Shown in pieces: positions 50,236-59,421 of a stretch of 64,000 nt of DNA; within the stretch, counting starts at the first letter, position 1; each line of letters begins with the position of its first letter. The DNA lies in the IMG/VR virus record IMGVR_UViG_3300044858_002734; one strand, given 5' to 3'. The position numbers were made by a program, and so were the translations under genes. The notes under the pieces were generated by a model. The model saw only the letters and a list, made by a program, of their open reading frames with translations, was not told the DNA's origin and did not search any database. Source of the DNA: an uncultured virus (IMG/VR IMGVR_UViG_3300044858_002734). Its lineage: Duplodnaviria; Heunggongvirae; Uroviricota; Caudoviricetes.

Positions 50236-50425
50236 GTGCCCGGCTATACGGGCGATCAAACAACCACTCTCACTGCGTCCAGTGAGCGATACGGGTAAAC
50301 ATTCCCGTCGCCATTGTGAACATAGGCATTGCTGCCTAGGGGTTCGCGGTTAATTCCAAGTTAAGTGCCCCCGAATTACGCATGTTCGCGGATATTACGT
50401 ACTACCCAGACAGAGGCGCGGGGCA
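50236..50425 (-). ncRNA. Multi-hairpin structured intergenic RNA(s)
   Basis: Four-way junction 50261-50352, hairpin 50238-50253, closed element 50366-50425. Confidence 0.55.
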
Positions 50426-50431
50426 ACAGGG

Positions 50432-51439
50432 TTACGTAACGCGCATAGGCATTACGATGATTTTGCCATCATCACGCGACGACACAATAGGCCCAAGTTC
50501 CTTACTAATATGCAGTGTGTTGTTTACAGCAAACACAAGCACCATAAAGGTAGGATTGACGATTACCGCAACCGTACCGGAAGCAGATACGGGAATAGTC
50601 TCGGTGTAATCCGCACCCTCCTCATTGCTTGCGCTAATAGTACATTCAGTATCCTTAACCTCTAGCTTAATAGCGGATGCGTTAATCAGCATAGCCCGTT
50701 TCAGGTACTCATTAATGTTATCTGGGAACCCTACTTCAATATAGGTATCATCAACAGTAGGGATAACCTGCTTGTAGTTAGGATACACTGCATCAATCAT
50801 ACGACCAGCAAGCAGGATTCCGCTAGCCGTCTTGAAGGCAATATAGTTACTATCAATAACATACTCGGTAATAGTTTCGCTTTTTACCAAGGAGATAAAG
50901 GACGGCATCAGAATAACATCCTTGCCAAACCCTGTTTCCCCTACAGTAACCTGCGACAGTCGTTTACCATCGGTAGCAACCATATCTGCACCGGACATGA
51001 AGATGCCCTGCAGAACCATACGGGTAGTGTCAGTAGATACATAACTTGCGCTAATGCCATAGCAATCCATAAACCGTGCGCTATCGAACGGAAATGGGGC
51101 AAGCTGACTATCATCCATCTTAGCCCAAGGTAGTTCCCCCTCGATCATAGCAAAGCGACCACGGGCCTTGCCAAACTTAATAACCATGTGATTATCCGTA
51201 ATGGTAATGTCCACGGTTTCGGAAGTCATGCTTTTCAGGAAAGCAATGATCTTCTTAGCAGGTACAAGTCCCTTGAAGTCTGTAACGAACGGCACAGAAA
51301 TAAACCGGTCTAGGTCTGTTGCCACAATCCGCTCACCTGTGAACTCAACACAGTTAAGCATTTCCATTGTGGTAGCAGCACCAATAACAGGTGACACGGT
51401 GTTAAGTGCAGTAAGCAGGTTTAGTCGGTTGATAGTCAT
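50432..51439 (-). CDS. dnaN: DNA sliding clamp (beta-clamp-like)
   Basis: ATDL, R..LQGI, VATDGKRL, YPNY.QVIP, VMPMR. Confidence 0.9.
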   Translation of the reverse strand: MTINRLNLLTALNTVSPVIGAATTMEMLNCVEFTGERIVATDLDRFISVPFVTDFKGLVPAKKIIAFLKSMTSETVDITITDNHMVIKFGKARGRFAMIEGELPWAKMDDSQLAPFPFDSARFMDCYGISASYVSTDTTRMVLQGIFMSGADMVATDGKRLSQVTVGETGFGKDVILMPSFISLVKSETITEYVIDSNYIAFKTASGILLAGRMIDAVYPNYKQVIPTVDDTYIEVGFPDNINEYLKRAMLINASAIKLEVKDTECTISASNEEGADYTETIPVSASGTVAVIVNPTFMVLVFAVNNTLHISKELGPIVSSRDDGKIIVMPMRVT

Positions 51440-51441
51440 AA

Positions 51442-51816
51442 TTATTCCTTGATCGTCTTAATCATTGCGTATGGATTGCCAGTCTTTTTGAAAGCCTTGA
51501 TTTCAGGATGCGCTACCGCATACCCTTTAAGCCCCTTGCCATCCCATGAAGTCTTACCCTTGCATGGAATAGCCTGTAAGGTACTAGCTGTAACCGTTTC
51601 ATTAAGTTCTAGTACAGCATCCTTGATTTCGGTCTCAAGTTTAGTACATGCCTCAGTAACCATTGCCGTGTTTGCACGCCAGTCAACAAGTATTGCAAGT
51701 ACTCCTGTGCCATACGAGGCAACAAGCCGTTGTGTCAATGCGTCATTAGCATTGGCAGCTTGTTCCTGTAGTCTACTTAGTTCATCCAACTTGATTTTGA
51801 TATTTTGTGCGTTCAT
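51442..51816 (-). CDS. Hypothetical coiled-coil protein
   Basis: SWD.K.L.GYA.AHPEI. Confidence 0.65.
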   Translation of the reverse strand: MNAQNIKIKLDELSRLQEQAANANDALTQRLVASYGTGVLAILVDWRANTAMVTEACTKLETEIKDAVLELNETVTASTLQAIPCKGKTSWDGKGLKGYAVAHPEIKAFKKTGNPYAMIKTIKE

Positions 51817-51840
51817 TGTGTCCCTTTAGTGTACCCATAA

Positions 51841-51866
51841 GATAACGATTTTCGCCTTGCGACCTT
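51841..51866 (-). promoter_or_regulatory. Phage-specific motif copy 2
   Basis: GATAACGATTTTCG-CCTTGC-GACCTT. Confidence 0.7.
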
Positions 51867-52242
51867 ACCGTTTATTTTGTTTGATTAAAGTTTTATCTAC
51901 AAGTGCTTCTGCCAATCCTTCAACTGACTTATCTTGTATTGCCTCATAGATAGCTGTCTCTAGTCCCTTGATTCTGCGTTTAAGTAGGTATGATGGAATA
52001 GATAATCCATCAATGTTAAATCTACGCCATACAGTATCAAAAGTATCGCCTTCTACAAAGAGCTTGAATAGGGCAGACCAATAGTTATGCCCTTCCTTTG
52101 TATCCTGCCATACAAATGCGGAGTGTAATGCGCTACTATCCGTGTGACCTTTAGAAGTAGCCCAGTAAGGTGCTTGGTACTTAAACAACTTGCGCCGAAG
52201 TCTACGACTCTTAATGCCCTTGAAACATTCTAATATAGTCAT
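51865..52242 (-). CDS. Hypothetical protein (F.W..T.EG..YW family)
   Basis: Paralog of 52244-52612 and of the C-terminus of 967-1410. Confidence 0.7.
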   Translation of the reverse strand: MTILECFKGIKSRRLRRKLFKYQAPYWATSKGHTDSSALHSAFVWQDTKEGHNYWSALFKLFVEGDTFDTVWRRFNIDGLSIPSYLLKRRIKGLETAIYEAIQDKSVEGLAEALVDKTLIKQNKR

Positions 52243-52243
52243 G

Positions 52244-52612
52244 TTACTTTCCCTTTAGTGCCCTTTTCAAATGGACTAACGTGCAATTATCACCGTCTGC
52301 TAGATGCCTGTTTTCACGAATTGTCTTACGAATAGCAGATTCTAGTTGCTTAATACGAGCGTCCTTATCATCTGTCATGAATAAGGAATATGCCTCATCG
52401 AAGGTTTCTACCTTACAGAGCTCTGTGTAGAGTTCCAACCAGTAATTATATCCCTTTTTGGAATGTATCCAACTAAACGCACTATATAAGGCTTTCGCAT
52501 CTGTGTCCGCATACTCGCAACCGCCTACAAATCCCTCATCATAAGCGTCCAACAGGTTTTTACGCAATGTCTTGTTCTTAACTGCCTTGAACCGTTCTTT
52601 GATAGTAGTCAT
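52244..52612 (-). CDS. Hypothetical protein (F.W..T.EG..YW family)
   Basis: Tandem paralog of 51865-52242. Confidence 0.7.
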   Translation of the reverse strand: MTTIKERFKAVKNKTLRKNLLDAYDEGFVGGCEYADTDAKALYSAFSWIHSKKGYNYWLELYTELCKVETFDEAYSLFMTDDKDARIKQLESAIRKTIRENRHLADGDNCTLVHLKRALKGK

Positions 52613-52613
52613 A

Positions 52614-52955
52614 TCATTTCTCCTTAACTGGATTAGTCATCATATGCGGGAATTCAGTCAATAACTTAATTACTGCCTGCTTTGCTTCCACTAATGTTGC
52701 ACATTGGAAGGGAATCTTTACCCATGTAAACCCACAGTTATTGGTTATATTAGATGGATGAGAATAATCTGCTACCATGACTGTTAATGGTGAATGGATA
52801 CCATCTCGTACCATACTAGGGCGATAGGAATGTTCACAGCGAATATACGCCGCAGTTCTACCATCCGCGTAATCAGCGGAAGGCCATGCGCGTTTTTCAA
52901 AACTGCGGTATCGTCCAGTTGGGACTGTACCTACATGCCATTTTAGTTTAAGCAT
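52614..52955 (-). CDS. Hypothetical protein
   Basis: ORF in operon; PTGRYRSF..R.WP. Confidence 0.65.
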   Translation of the reverse strand: MLKLKWHVGTVPTGRYRSFEKRAWPSADYADGRTAAYIRCEHSYRPSMVRDGIHSPLTVMVADYSHPSNITNNCGFTWVKIPFQCATLVEAKQAVIKLLTEFPHMMTNPVKEK

Positions 52956-52956
52956 A

Positions 52957-54528
52957 TCATTTCTCCTTTATCCTACGCCAGAATGAACCACGAACAAACT
53001 TACCCGCCTCATACCCTTGTAACAGCACTACTTCTTTATGTATATCAGGACTTTTACCACGCGCTAATATACATGCGGTACGTGCTATCCTATACCGCTT
53101 TTCCAATGGGGTTTGCGATAGACTAAACACTGCAGTAGCATGGTCTAGCTTACGCTTATCCTCCCCAACTTGAACCGCACCAATACTAGTTACTTCAAAG
53201 CCTGATCGGTTTGATTGCGTAACTGTAAGGATACAGATCGGATACATGTTAGATAGTTTACGTAAATTCATCCATCGTGCATTTTCCTTATGGCGTTGTT
53301 CAATGCTGTTATCCCCTTCTTCTTTCCCCATGATGTCGGCATAGTCAATTACAACTACGTCAGGCATCCATCCCTGATTATCGCGGCAGTGTATTAGTTG
53401 CCGTTCAATCTCCTGTGTTGTCAACGTGTTATTAGGATAAACCTTAATCCGAAACTTGGTTTTGCCATTACGCCGCTTACTAATTTCCTTATGCGCGTTT
53501 AGCCCCTGCCAGCCCTTGTATTGCACGTCATGGGGTTCATAGGTGTAAGTAGGAACCCAATCCTTGCAGTGCTTACAAGAGGCACAAGGGGCATAACCGG
53601 GTGGTATTGTTGCCATCAATGCTTCCGGCGAATCAAAATCCTTTAGGCTATCCTCAACAGGTGTTTGTAGTTTAGTTTTATTTGTACTTACCTTGCAGGT
53701 TTGGTTTTGGTTAAGCAGACAATCTGTAACAGGAAAAGCATAAATACCTGTATGAGTAGGGTCTGATGCTGTATCCTGCGTACTCATGATATGGCCGATA
53801 CGGATAGAATTGTCATTCTTATCCATGTCACCAGCAGCAAACACAAGTACGTTCTTGGATGAATTATAGATTGATGCTGCTAGTGTATATAGACACCATG
53901 TTTTACCCGCCTTGGCAGTAGCAAGGAAAAAGACAAACTTACCCGGTTTGATATGGGATGATACTAGGTCACCAAATGCGCCACCCATCTGAATTAGCGG
54001 TTCTTCATTCAGGCTAGTAGCAACCTGTAGGGTTTCCCCCATATCCAGTACATCTAGTTCCTCACTATCATTAGTTTTGGAAGGTAATGTTTCGTATGCC
54101 TGTTGCGCTAGTTCTACATTATCTGCGTCTAGTGCAGATTCGATGTTATCCTTAGCCTTGCGTAGTGCCCTTTTCTTTAAAAAGTTTACTGTGTTATCAA
54201 TTTCAAAGCTAGGATTGATAACCTTAGCTTCGTCAATGGCAGTAATAAACTCTACCATTGCAGGCAGTACATCATCTGGTAATCTGAATGTACGTTGATT
54301 CTGATTAAGATACTCAATAATATACTGCTTCTTAGGTGCTGTCTTATGGGTCTTGTAGAAGGCAACACAAGCAGCCAGTACCACGTCTGCCCATTGCGTA
54401 GTCAGTAACCCTTTCCAATGGGGTATCTGCACAAAGCGTTTCAGGTAGTCATCATTATAGATAGCATTTTCAATGATGTCCCTTTCGATTACGGCGTCTG
54501 TGCCCGTATCTTTAATGACTATCTCCAT
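52957..54528 (-). CDS. DnaB-like replicative helicase
   Basis: AKAGKT, VVIDYADIM, TQSNR, EDKRK. Confidence 0.85.
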   Translation of the reverse strand: MEIVIKDTGTDAVIERDIIENAIYNDDYLKRFVQIPHWKGLLTTQWADVVLAACVAFYKTHKTAPKKQYIIEYLNQNQRTFRLPDDVLPAMVEFITAIDEAKVINPSFEIDNTVNFLKKRALRKAKDNIESALDADNVELAQQAYETLPSKTNDSEELDVLDMGETLQVATSLNEEPLIQMGGAFGDLVSSHIKPGKFVFFLATAKAGKTWCLYTLAASIYNSSKNVLVFAAGDMDKNDNSIRIGHIMSTQDTASDPTHTGIYAFPVTDCLLNQNQTCKVSTNKTKLQTPVEDSLKDFDSPEALMATIPPGYAPCASCKHCKDWVPTYTYEPHDVQYKGWQGLNAHKEISKRRNGKTKFRIKVYPNNTLTTQEIERQLIHCRDNQGWMPDVVVIDYADIMGKEEGDNSIEQRHKENARWMNLRKLSNMYPICILTVTQSNRSGFEVTSIGAVQVGEDKRKLDHATAVFSLSQTPLEKRYRIARTACILARGKSPDIHKEVVLLQGYEAGKFVRGSFWRRIKEK

Positions 54529-54545
54529 AAGTTAGTCCCTGTTTG

Positions 54546-55247
54546 CTACAGTAAATCGTGTTGCTTAATAGCAGATTTAACTATTGGTGTGGTAAAGGGT
54601 AAGTAGTCCTGTGCAAGCCGTGTTACCGCATCTGCACAGTACCTTTCTTCACGCTCTATACCCACCGCTTTTATGCCCAACTGTTTTGCTGCAACTAATG
54701 TAGTACCTACCCCCATAAATGGGTCTAAAATAGTGTGGACATTAGTAGTGAGGTCAATACACCAAGTCATTAACGGAGTGGGTTTCTGTGTTGGGTGTAG
54801 ACGGGGTTCTTTTTCCCCCATGTTCTCTTGCAGCATTCCCATCCAACGAAATCGGAATTTGCGTACAGCTAACTCTAGATTTGTCCACGCCAACTCGCAA
54901 TCTGCGTATCCATTGTTACCGTTATCTTTATCCCATACTAGCCAACCACGCCTCGGTGGTAATCCCTCAAAGTAGTTACCGCCCCATATAATACTCCACT
55001 TTGCAGCATCCCGTAACATATCTAAAACTGCACGAGATGGAGGTGTCTTATCCCAATCACTTGTACCATAATCACGGGATGGCACAGCCGCTTTACCATG
55101 TTGCTTACCCCCACGTTTGTTTGCTGCAGCATCAATCCCATACGGAGGGTCTGTTAGCAACAGATCAAACTTACCTAGTTGTGGTACTATATCTCGGCAA
55201 TCTCCATGATAGATCGTCACTGACTCGTCCTGATAATAAGGTTTCAT
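54546..55247 (-). CDS. N6/N4 DNA methyltransferase
   Basis: TDPPYG, HPTQKP, LDPFMG.GTT. Confidence 0.92.
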   Translation of the reverse strand: MKPYYQDESVTIYHGDCRDIVPQLGKFDLLLTDPPYGIDAAANKRGGKQHGKAAVPSRDYGTSDWDKTPPSRAVLDMLRDAAKWSIIWGGNYFEGLPPRRGWLVWDKDNGNNGYADCELAWTNLELAVRKFRFRWMGMLQENMGEKEPRLHPTQKPTPLMTWCIDLTTNVHTILDPFMGVGTTLVAAKQLGIKAVGIEREERYCADAVTRLAQDYLPFTTPIVKSAIKQHDLL

Positions 55248-55412
55248 AAATCACTTCTTACTTAGTTCTAGACCAAGGATAACAGGCCACAGAAACACTA
55301 CCATGAAAAAAACGCTAGTGATTTATCTACGGATTTATCTACGGATTCCTTTTCGGCGGTCTTTAGTACGTATCCATACGTAAAGAGCATACCTATAAGC
55401 CATAGTGTCATT

Positions 55413-55625
55413 TCAGACCTCTGTTTCTACTGTTTTACTGCAAGTTCGACATTGACCAACCCTAATTCGACCACCAGCAGTAAATCCAGTGGGTATAATG
55501 TCAGTGTGTTTGCAGAAATACTTTATTTCCCGAATATTTCGTAGTATCTTTGCTACCATCTGCTCCGCGTCAGAGAGAAGGGCATACTCAATAGCAAGTG
55601 CTGCTTTGATTTCATCGTTTGTCAT
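55413..55625 (-). CDS. Hypothetical protein
   Basis: C.H...C..C; AAGGAG RBS. Confidence 0.6.
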   Translation of the reverse strand: MTNDEIKAALAIEYALLSDAEQMVAKILRNIREIKYFCKHTDIIPTGFTAGGRIRVGQCRTCSKTVETEV

Positions 55626-55626
55626 A

Positions 55627-55953
55627 CTACTCCTTAACCGAAATAATCTTAATGCCCATCTTATCAGCTATCTTTTGGCATACGGCACAGGGATTGATAG
55701 GCAGCAAATCACCTGTTTTACCTATACGGCAGATAATGATTGTCTTAATGTTATCCCCATACCTAGCCATTAGCTTGCGTTCCGCATGACTACCTGTGCC
55801 CCGTGCTGGTGTAAGGTGTTCAGTACGAAACCCATTAGTTGCCGACCCTAGCAATTCGCCCTTACGATTAAAGGCCATTGCAGATATTTTGTAGGTAGAA
55901 CACGCTTGCTCTGCCTTACTTTTCAACTTATCAACTATTCGCGGAGAGATCAT
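55627..55953 (-). CDS. Zinc-dependent deaminase (cytidine/dCMP deaminase fold)
   Basis: HAE...PCAVC motif. Confidence 0.8.
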   Translation of the reverse strand: MISPRIVDKLKSKAEQACSTYKISAMAFNRKGELLGSATNGFRTEHLTPARGTGSHAERKLMARYGDNIKTIIICRIGKTGDLLPINPCAVCQKIADKMGIKIISVKE

Positions 55954-56152
55954 AATGTATACCATCCCAGTTCGCGTAAAACATATCCTCATCGGCAGTC
56001 ATCCATCCGGTACAACCCTCGCTGCATCGACAACGGTCACCGTCATCAGCACAAACACCATTAGGAACGGTCTGTTCCGCGTCCGTAAGGATTTCAATAT
56101 CATCCCCATGTTTCTCGCATTGTATCCATGAAACAGGTATCCACTTTTTCAT
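55931..56152 (-). CDS. Hypothetical Cys-rich protein
   Basis: ATGA overlap with the upstream gene. Confidence 0.55.
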   Translation of the reverse strand: MKKWIPVSWIQCEKHGDDIEILTDAEQTVPNGVCADDGDRCRCSEGCTGWMTADEDMFYANWDGIHYDLSANS

Positions 56153-56997
56153 AATACCTCGGCAAAAGGTTTCAATGCTATATCCGGCGACACGGCCAAC
56201 AGCCATGTATCAGGTGTATAGTAAGGTTTCAATCCGTACTTAACCCTGAACCCATTACACTTATCTGGTGTGCATAAGGTATGCAGTAGTTTACGTAAGT
56301 TAGCTAATTCAAGCGTGCTAAATGTTAGCAACTTAGGCATTATCTCAAAGGATACCCCATCACAATACCGTACAAATAATGTAAGCAGTAGTGTTGCACG
56401 ATAATTATCAAATATGTAGTTTAACGTACTTAGATCATTGCTCTTACTTTTTAGTCCGCATACGTCTACCAAGACATCATAGATGATAGCAGGTACTTGA
56501 AACACAGATGATTCAGTATTGACATAGAACGTAACATCATTATATGCAATAATATCACCAAAGTAGTTAGCTATATCACCAACCAGTTTAGTATCCGCGC
56601 ACCGTATAAACTTGTTAATGTTATAGACTAACCTGTCTCGTTCAACCTGCTTTAGTGCCAGTACTTCCCGATTAAGGGTTTGCTGCTGCTGTACGTACTC
56701 ACTCTGCTCCTGATTCTTGACATTAAACTCATGCTCATCCTTAACATCGTTATCAACAATGTTTGCTTCCCATCGTTGCTGGTTAAGCCATGTGGACATC
56801 ATGGGTACAAAGCCGTCAATCCACTGCCTTGTTTTCTTCTGTGCTTCAATAGACTTGATGAGTACTTCTATGCTAGGCAGTTCATGTTTCTTTTCAAGTG
56901 CTACCCAAGAACGGTACGGCAGTACATATCCTGCATGACGGCACTTAGGGTACGCCTGATAGAAGCGCACAAAGTCTAATGGGTATTCTTTACGCAT
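56149..56997 (-). CDS. Replication initiator-like protein (C-terminal-type domain)
   Basis: F..FY.AYPK...W...P...TWLNQ.RWE. Confidence 0.7.
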   Translation of the reverse strand: MRKEYPLDFVRFYQAYPKCRHAGYVLPYRSWVALEKKHELPSIEVLIKSIEAQKKTRQWIDGFVPMMSTWLNQQRWEANIVDNDVKDEHEFNVKNQEQSEYVQQQQTLNREVLALKQVERDRLVYNINKFIRCADTKLVGDIANYFGDIIAYNDVTFYVNTESSVFQVPAIIYDVLVDVCGLKSKSNDLSTLNYIFDNYRATLLLTLFVRYCDGVSFEIMPKLLTFSTLELANLRKLLHTLCTPDKCNGFRVKYGLKPYYTPDTWLLAVSPDIALKPFAEVL

Positions 56998-57005
56998 AAG
57001 TAAAA

Positions 57006-57068
57006 TGGAGGGCAGTGGGGTACTTACGGACTAACACCATCGTGTACTACCGAGTTTCGCCCACGCCC
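57006..57068 (-). ncRNA. Unknown small RNA ending in stem+TCCA
   Basis: GGGCGTGGG/CCCACTGCCC helix then TCCA-TTTT. Confidence 0.5.
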
Positions 57069-57105
57069 ATAAATGTAAACTATTGGTTTACTAAAACGCA
57101 CAGGA

Positions 57106-57444
57106 TTATTTTACAAGACCAGCTAACTTAGCTACCCATATTTCAACTTCACTGTAGCCGCTACTATGCCCTTCATCCCATGCTAGTTCAAATACAGCAT
57201 TTGCTTTAGGGTGACCTGTTAATCCATACTCGGCTAGTACATCAACCTTAAACTTAGCTTCAAGTTCGCGTTGCTTATTATAAAATATAGTTTTCAGCCG
57301 ATTGTACTCTACCATACTGGGTTCCCATGCTGCAAGCGCATCAGCATATTCCCTAACAGTTGCCGCAGTTTCAGTGCCACGCTTTAGGTATGGCTTTTCA
57401 GGCTTGATAGGATAATCTTTATTGCGGTAGTCGTCACTATTCAT
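57106..57444 (-). CDS. Conserved hypothetical protein
   Basis: HPKA....AW..GHSSGY.EV. Confidence 0.7.
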   Translation of the reverse strand: MNSDDYRNKDYPIKPEKPYLKRGTETAATVREYADALAAWEPSMVEYNRLKTIFYNKQRELEAKFKVDVLAEYGLTGHPKANAVFELAWDEGHSSGYSEVEIWVAKLAGLVK

Positions 57445-57551
57445 AATCCCTCACTTTAGCGGGTAGCAATAACCCATAATACATAGGTTCCAAACAAAAT
57501 CCCTGTACTTGTAGAAGGCAGCCACCGCTGCTACTGTAATAGCAGTAATGT

Positions 57552-57749
57552 TCATAGTTTGCCTTTTGGTTTTACATACCGACGATTCCATGCAAAACGG
57601 GCATCCTGCTTTTTATCAAAGTTTCCGGATTGTGCGGTACAGGATAGACACCAAACAAAATACTCTCCATTTAGACCCAAGATACCAGACTTAGTTTCCA
57701 ATACTTCAATATCACTACAACCACAGAAAGGACAATTTCTAAGTTTCAT
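57552..57749 (-). CDS. Lar-like restriction alleviation protein
   Basis: L..CPFCG...V.C..C.A....A..AWNRR. Confidence 0.78.
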   Translation of the reverse strand: MKLRNCPFCGCSDIEVLETKSGILGLNGEYFVWCLSCTAQSGNFDKKQDARFAWNRRYVKPKGKL

Positions 57750-58140
57750 AATCAGTACCTAGCAAACGGTTTAACATAGCCAAGTGAAACAGCAGTTTCC
57801 CACAGTTCGGTATGCTTAGCTAAAGGCATATCCTGTTGCAGGTACGCCAGTAGTTCTACAATAAACTTGCGGATTGCTTCTTCCCTGCAATCACAAGCAT
57901 GATGATGGGTAATACATTCTCTCATTATTTAGCCTTATATTGTTTAAACCATCTACCACCCTTGCCACACAGTCTAAATATACGGCATGAAAGCCAATCT
58001 GTGAATGCACCAGTCCTCTGTTCTTTACATGTTATAATACCCGCTAAACGCTCTCCATTCATCGGGTCAATAAACCGCATATTCTGCGGTGCTTTACATC
58101 TGTACCATCCTGATATTCACAATCTATACAAAGTTTCATA

Positions 58141-58512
58141 TCAATCCCATTCTGTAATTATATCGTATGCTAACGTAAGTGCTTTATAAACACAAGGCTT
58201 GCAAAGTTTAGCACTATAACTTTCATAGTCAGGTTCTTCTCCAACCTGTACGATGGCATCTACATACTTACCGCACTCATCACACTTCAAGTCTGTCCAT
58301 GAGTCATTACCAATGATTGCGGTTACATCTGCAACAGTAGCGGTATCTTTATTTAGTGCGTCTAGTTCATCCGCTATTTCCCGTTTAGTCTTTTCAACAG
58401 TAATGCCATTACGTTCAGAAAATAAAGGGCTGCTAGGTTCAAATGGATGGTACTGCGCTCGCCAACGGGCTGCTACCGTCTTAATTACGTCTCTTTGTGT
58501 GATAAGTTTCAT
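58141..58512 (-). CDS. Hypothetical Zn-finger protein
   Basis: IIGN.SW...CDEC...LC..C. Confidence 0.65.
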   Translation of the reverse strand: MKLITQRDVIKTVAARWRAQYHPFEPSSPLFSERNGITVEKTKREIADELDALNKDTATVADVTAIIGNDSWTDLKCDECGKYVDAIVQVGEEPDYESYSAKLCKPCVYKALTLAYDIITEWD

Positions 58513-58675
58513 ATTTAGTCCTTTACAGGTAACAGTTTCTTCTTGTTGCAAACAAGTACGCCGTCAATACGCCGAATAATCTGATCACGTAATATGTAAC
58601 CACATGCTACCACTACAGGCCGATACCATACACAGGCATCACAACCAAGTTCTTCCGCTTGTTCAGGTGTCATAG

Positions 58676-58957
58676 TTAATCCAAGTTGACAATCAAACGC
58701 CTACGCCCTGCTGCAGTAGTTTCCAGATATACCGGATAACTGCCATCACCGTGCGTAGTGCCAATGGCTACACCACACTCATACACGTTCAGCGGCGTAT
58801 CGCGTGCAGGGTCATCTTTACAAAAGACTTCCTTACATGCTTGATCCCAACTAGCGCAACGGCCATTAATGCTTGCATCCTTGCCAATGAAGTAGCAAGG
58901 ATCACCAACCATAAGCATACCGGAGTCTACATCAACCATACCAATTTTAGTTTTCAT
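58676..58957 (-). CDS. DUF4241-like protein
   Basis: VDSG.L.VGDPCY...GDG.YPVY. Confidence 0.65.
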   Translation of the reverse strand: MKTKIGMVDVDSGMLMVGDPCYFIGKDASINGRCASWDQACKEVFCKDDPARDTPLNVYECGVAIGTTHGDGSYPVYLETTAAGRRRLIVNLD

Positions 58958-59310
58958 GGCGCAACCTCCGGCGTATTAAAGACGGCAACAATATCATCAC
59001 AGTCAGTCAACGTGCCATCCCTTACTGCTTCATGTACTGCTATGATATGCTTCTCAAGTACTGCAATTCGTTCACGCAGCACAGTCAGTTCAGTTTGTTG
59101 TGCCTCGGTTTCCTTTTTCAGGAACTTGTTAAGTGCCCTGCCTACATAACGGGCAGCAATTACGGCTTGATGCTTACTGTACTGCCCAAAGATGCGGAAT
59201 ACAGAATCGGCTATCTCTAACCGTAATTCATAAAAGTTATTAAACGGGACAATCTTGCAGTACTCATTGGACAATCTGTTTGATTTACTTTGAATTTTGA
59301 TTTTCGTCAT
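58954..59310 (-). CDS. Hypothetical protein
   Basis: ORF downstream of motif copy 3. Confidence 0.6.
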   Translation of the reverse strand: MTKIKIQSKSNRLSNEYCKIVPFNNFYELRLEIADSVFRIFGQYSKHQAVIAARYVGRALNKFLKKETEAQQTELTVLRERIAVLEKHIIAVHEAVRDGTLTDCDDIVAVFNTPEVAP

Positions 59311-59337
59311 AATTCACCCTTTCGTGTTGCGACAACG

Positions 59338-59363
59338 GATAACGATTTTCGGCGCGTCACCTT
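59338..59363 (-). promoter_or_regulatory. Phage-specific motif copy 3
   Basis: GATAACGATTTTCG-GCGCGT-CACCTT. Confidence 0.7.
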
Positions 59364-59385
59364 GCAATGCTTTCGTTTTGCGCTA

Positions 59386-59414
59386 TTGACAAAACCGATC
59401 TTGTTTTGTACACT
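59386..59414 (+). promoter_or_regulatory. sigma70-type promoter for the endonuclease (probably leaderless)
   Basis: TTGACA-17-TACACT; ATG 7 nt after the -10 box. Confidence 0.65.
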
Positions 59415-59421
59415 ACAACCT

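Noticed and set aside
46998..54528. Inteins or introns in pol or helicase
   Set aside because: No intein termini or LAGLIDADG blocks; ORFs are continuous
57001..57068. Twister, hammerhead or c-di-GMP riboswitch
   Set aside because: Only fragments match (GGAGGG, TAACAC, GAAAC); the conserved cores are absent
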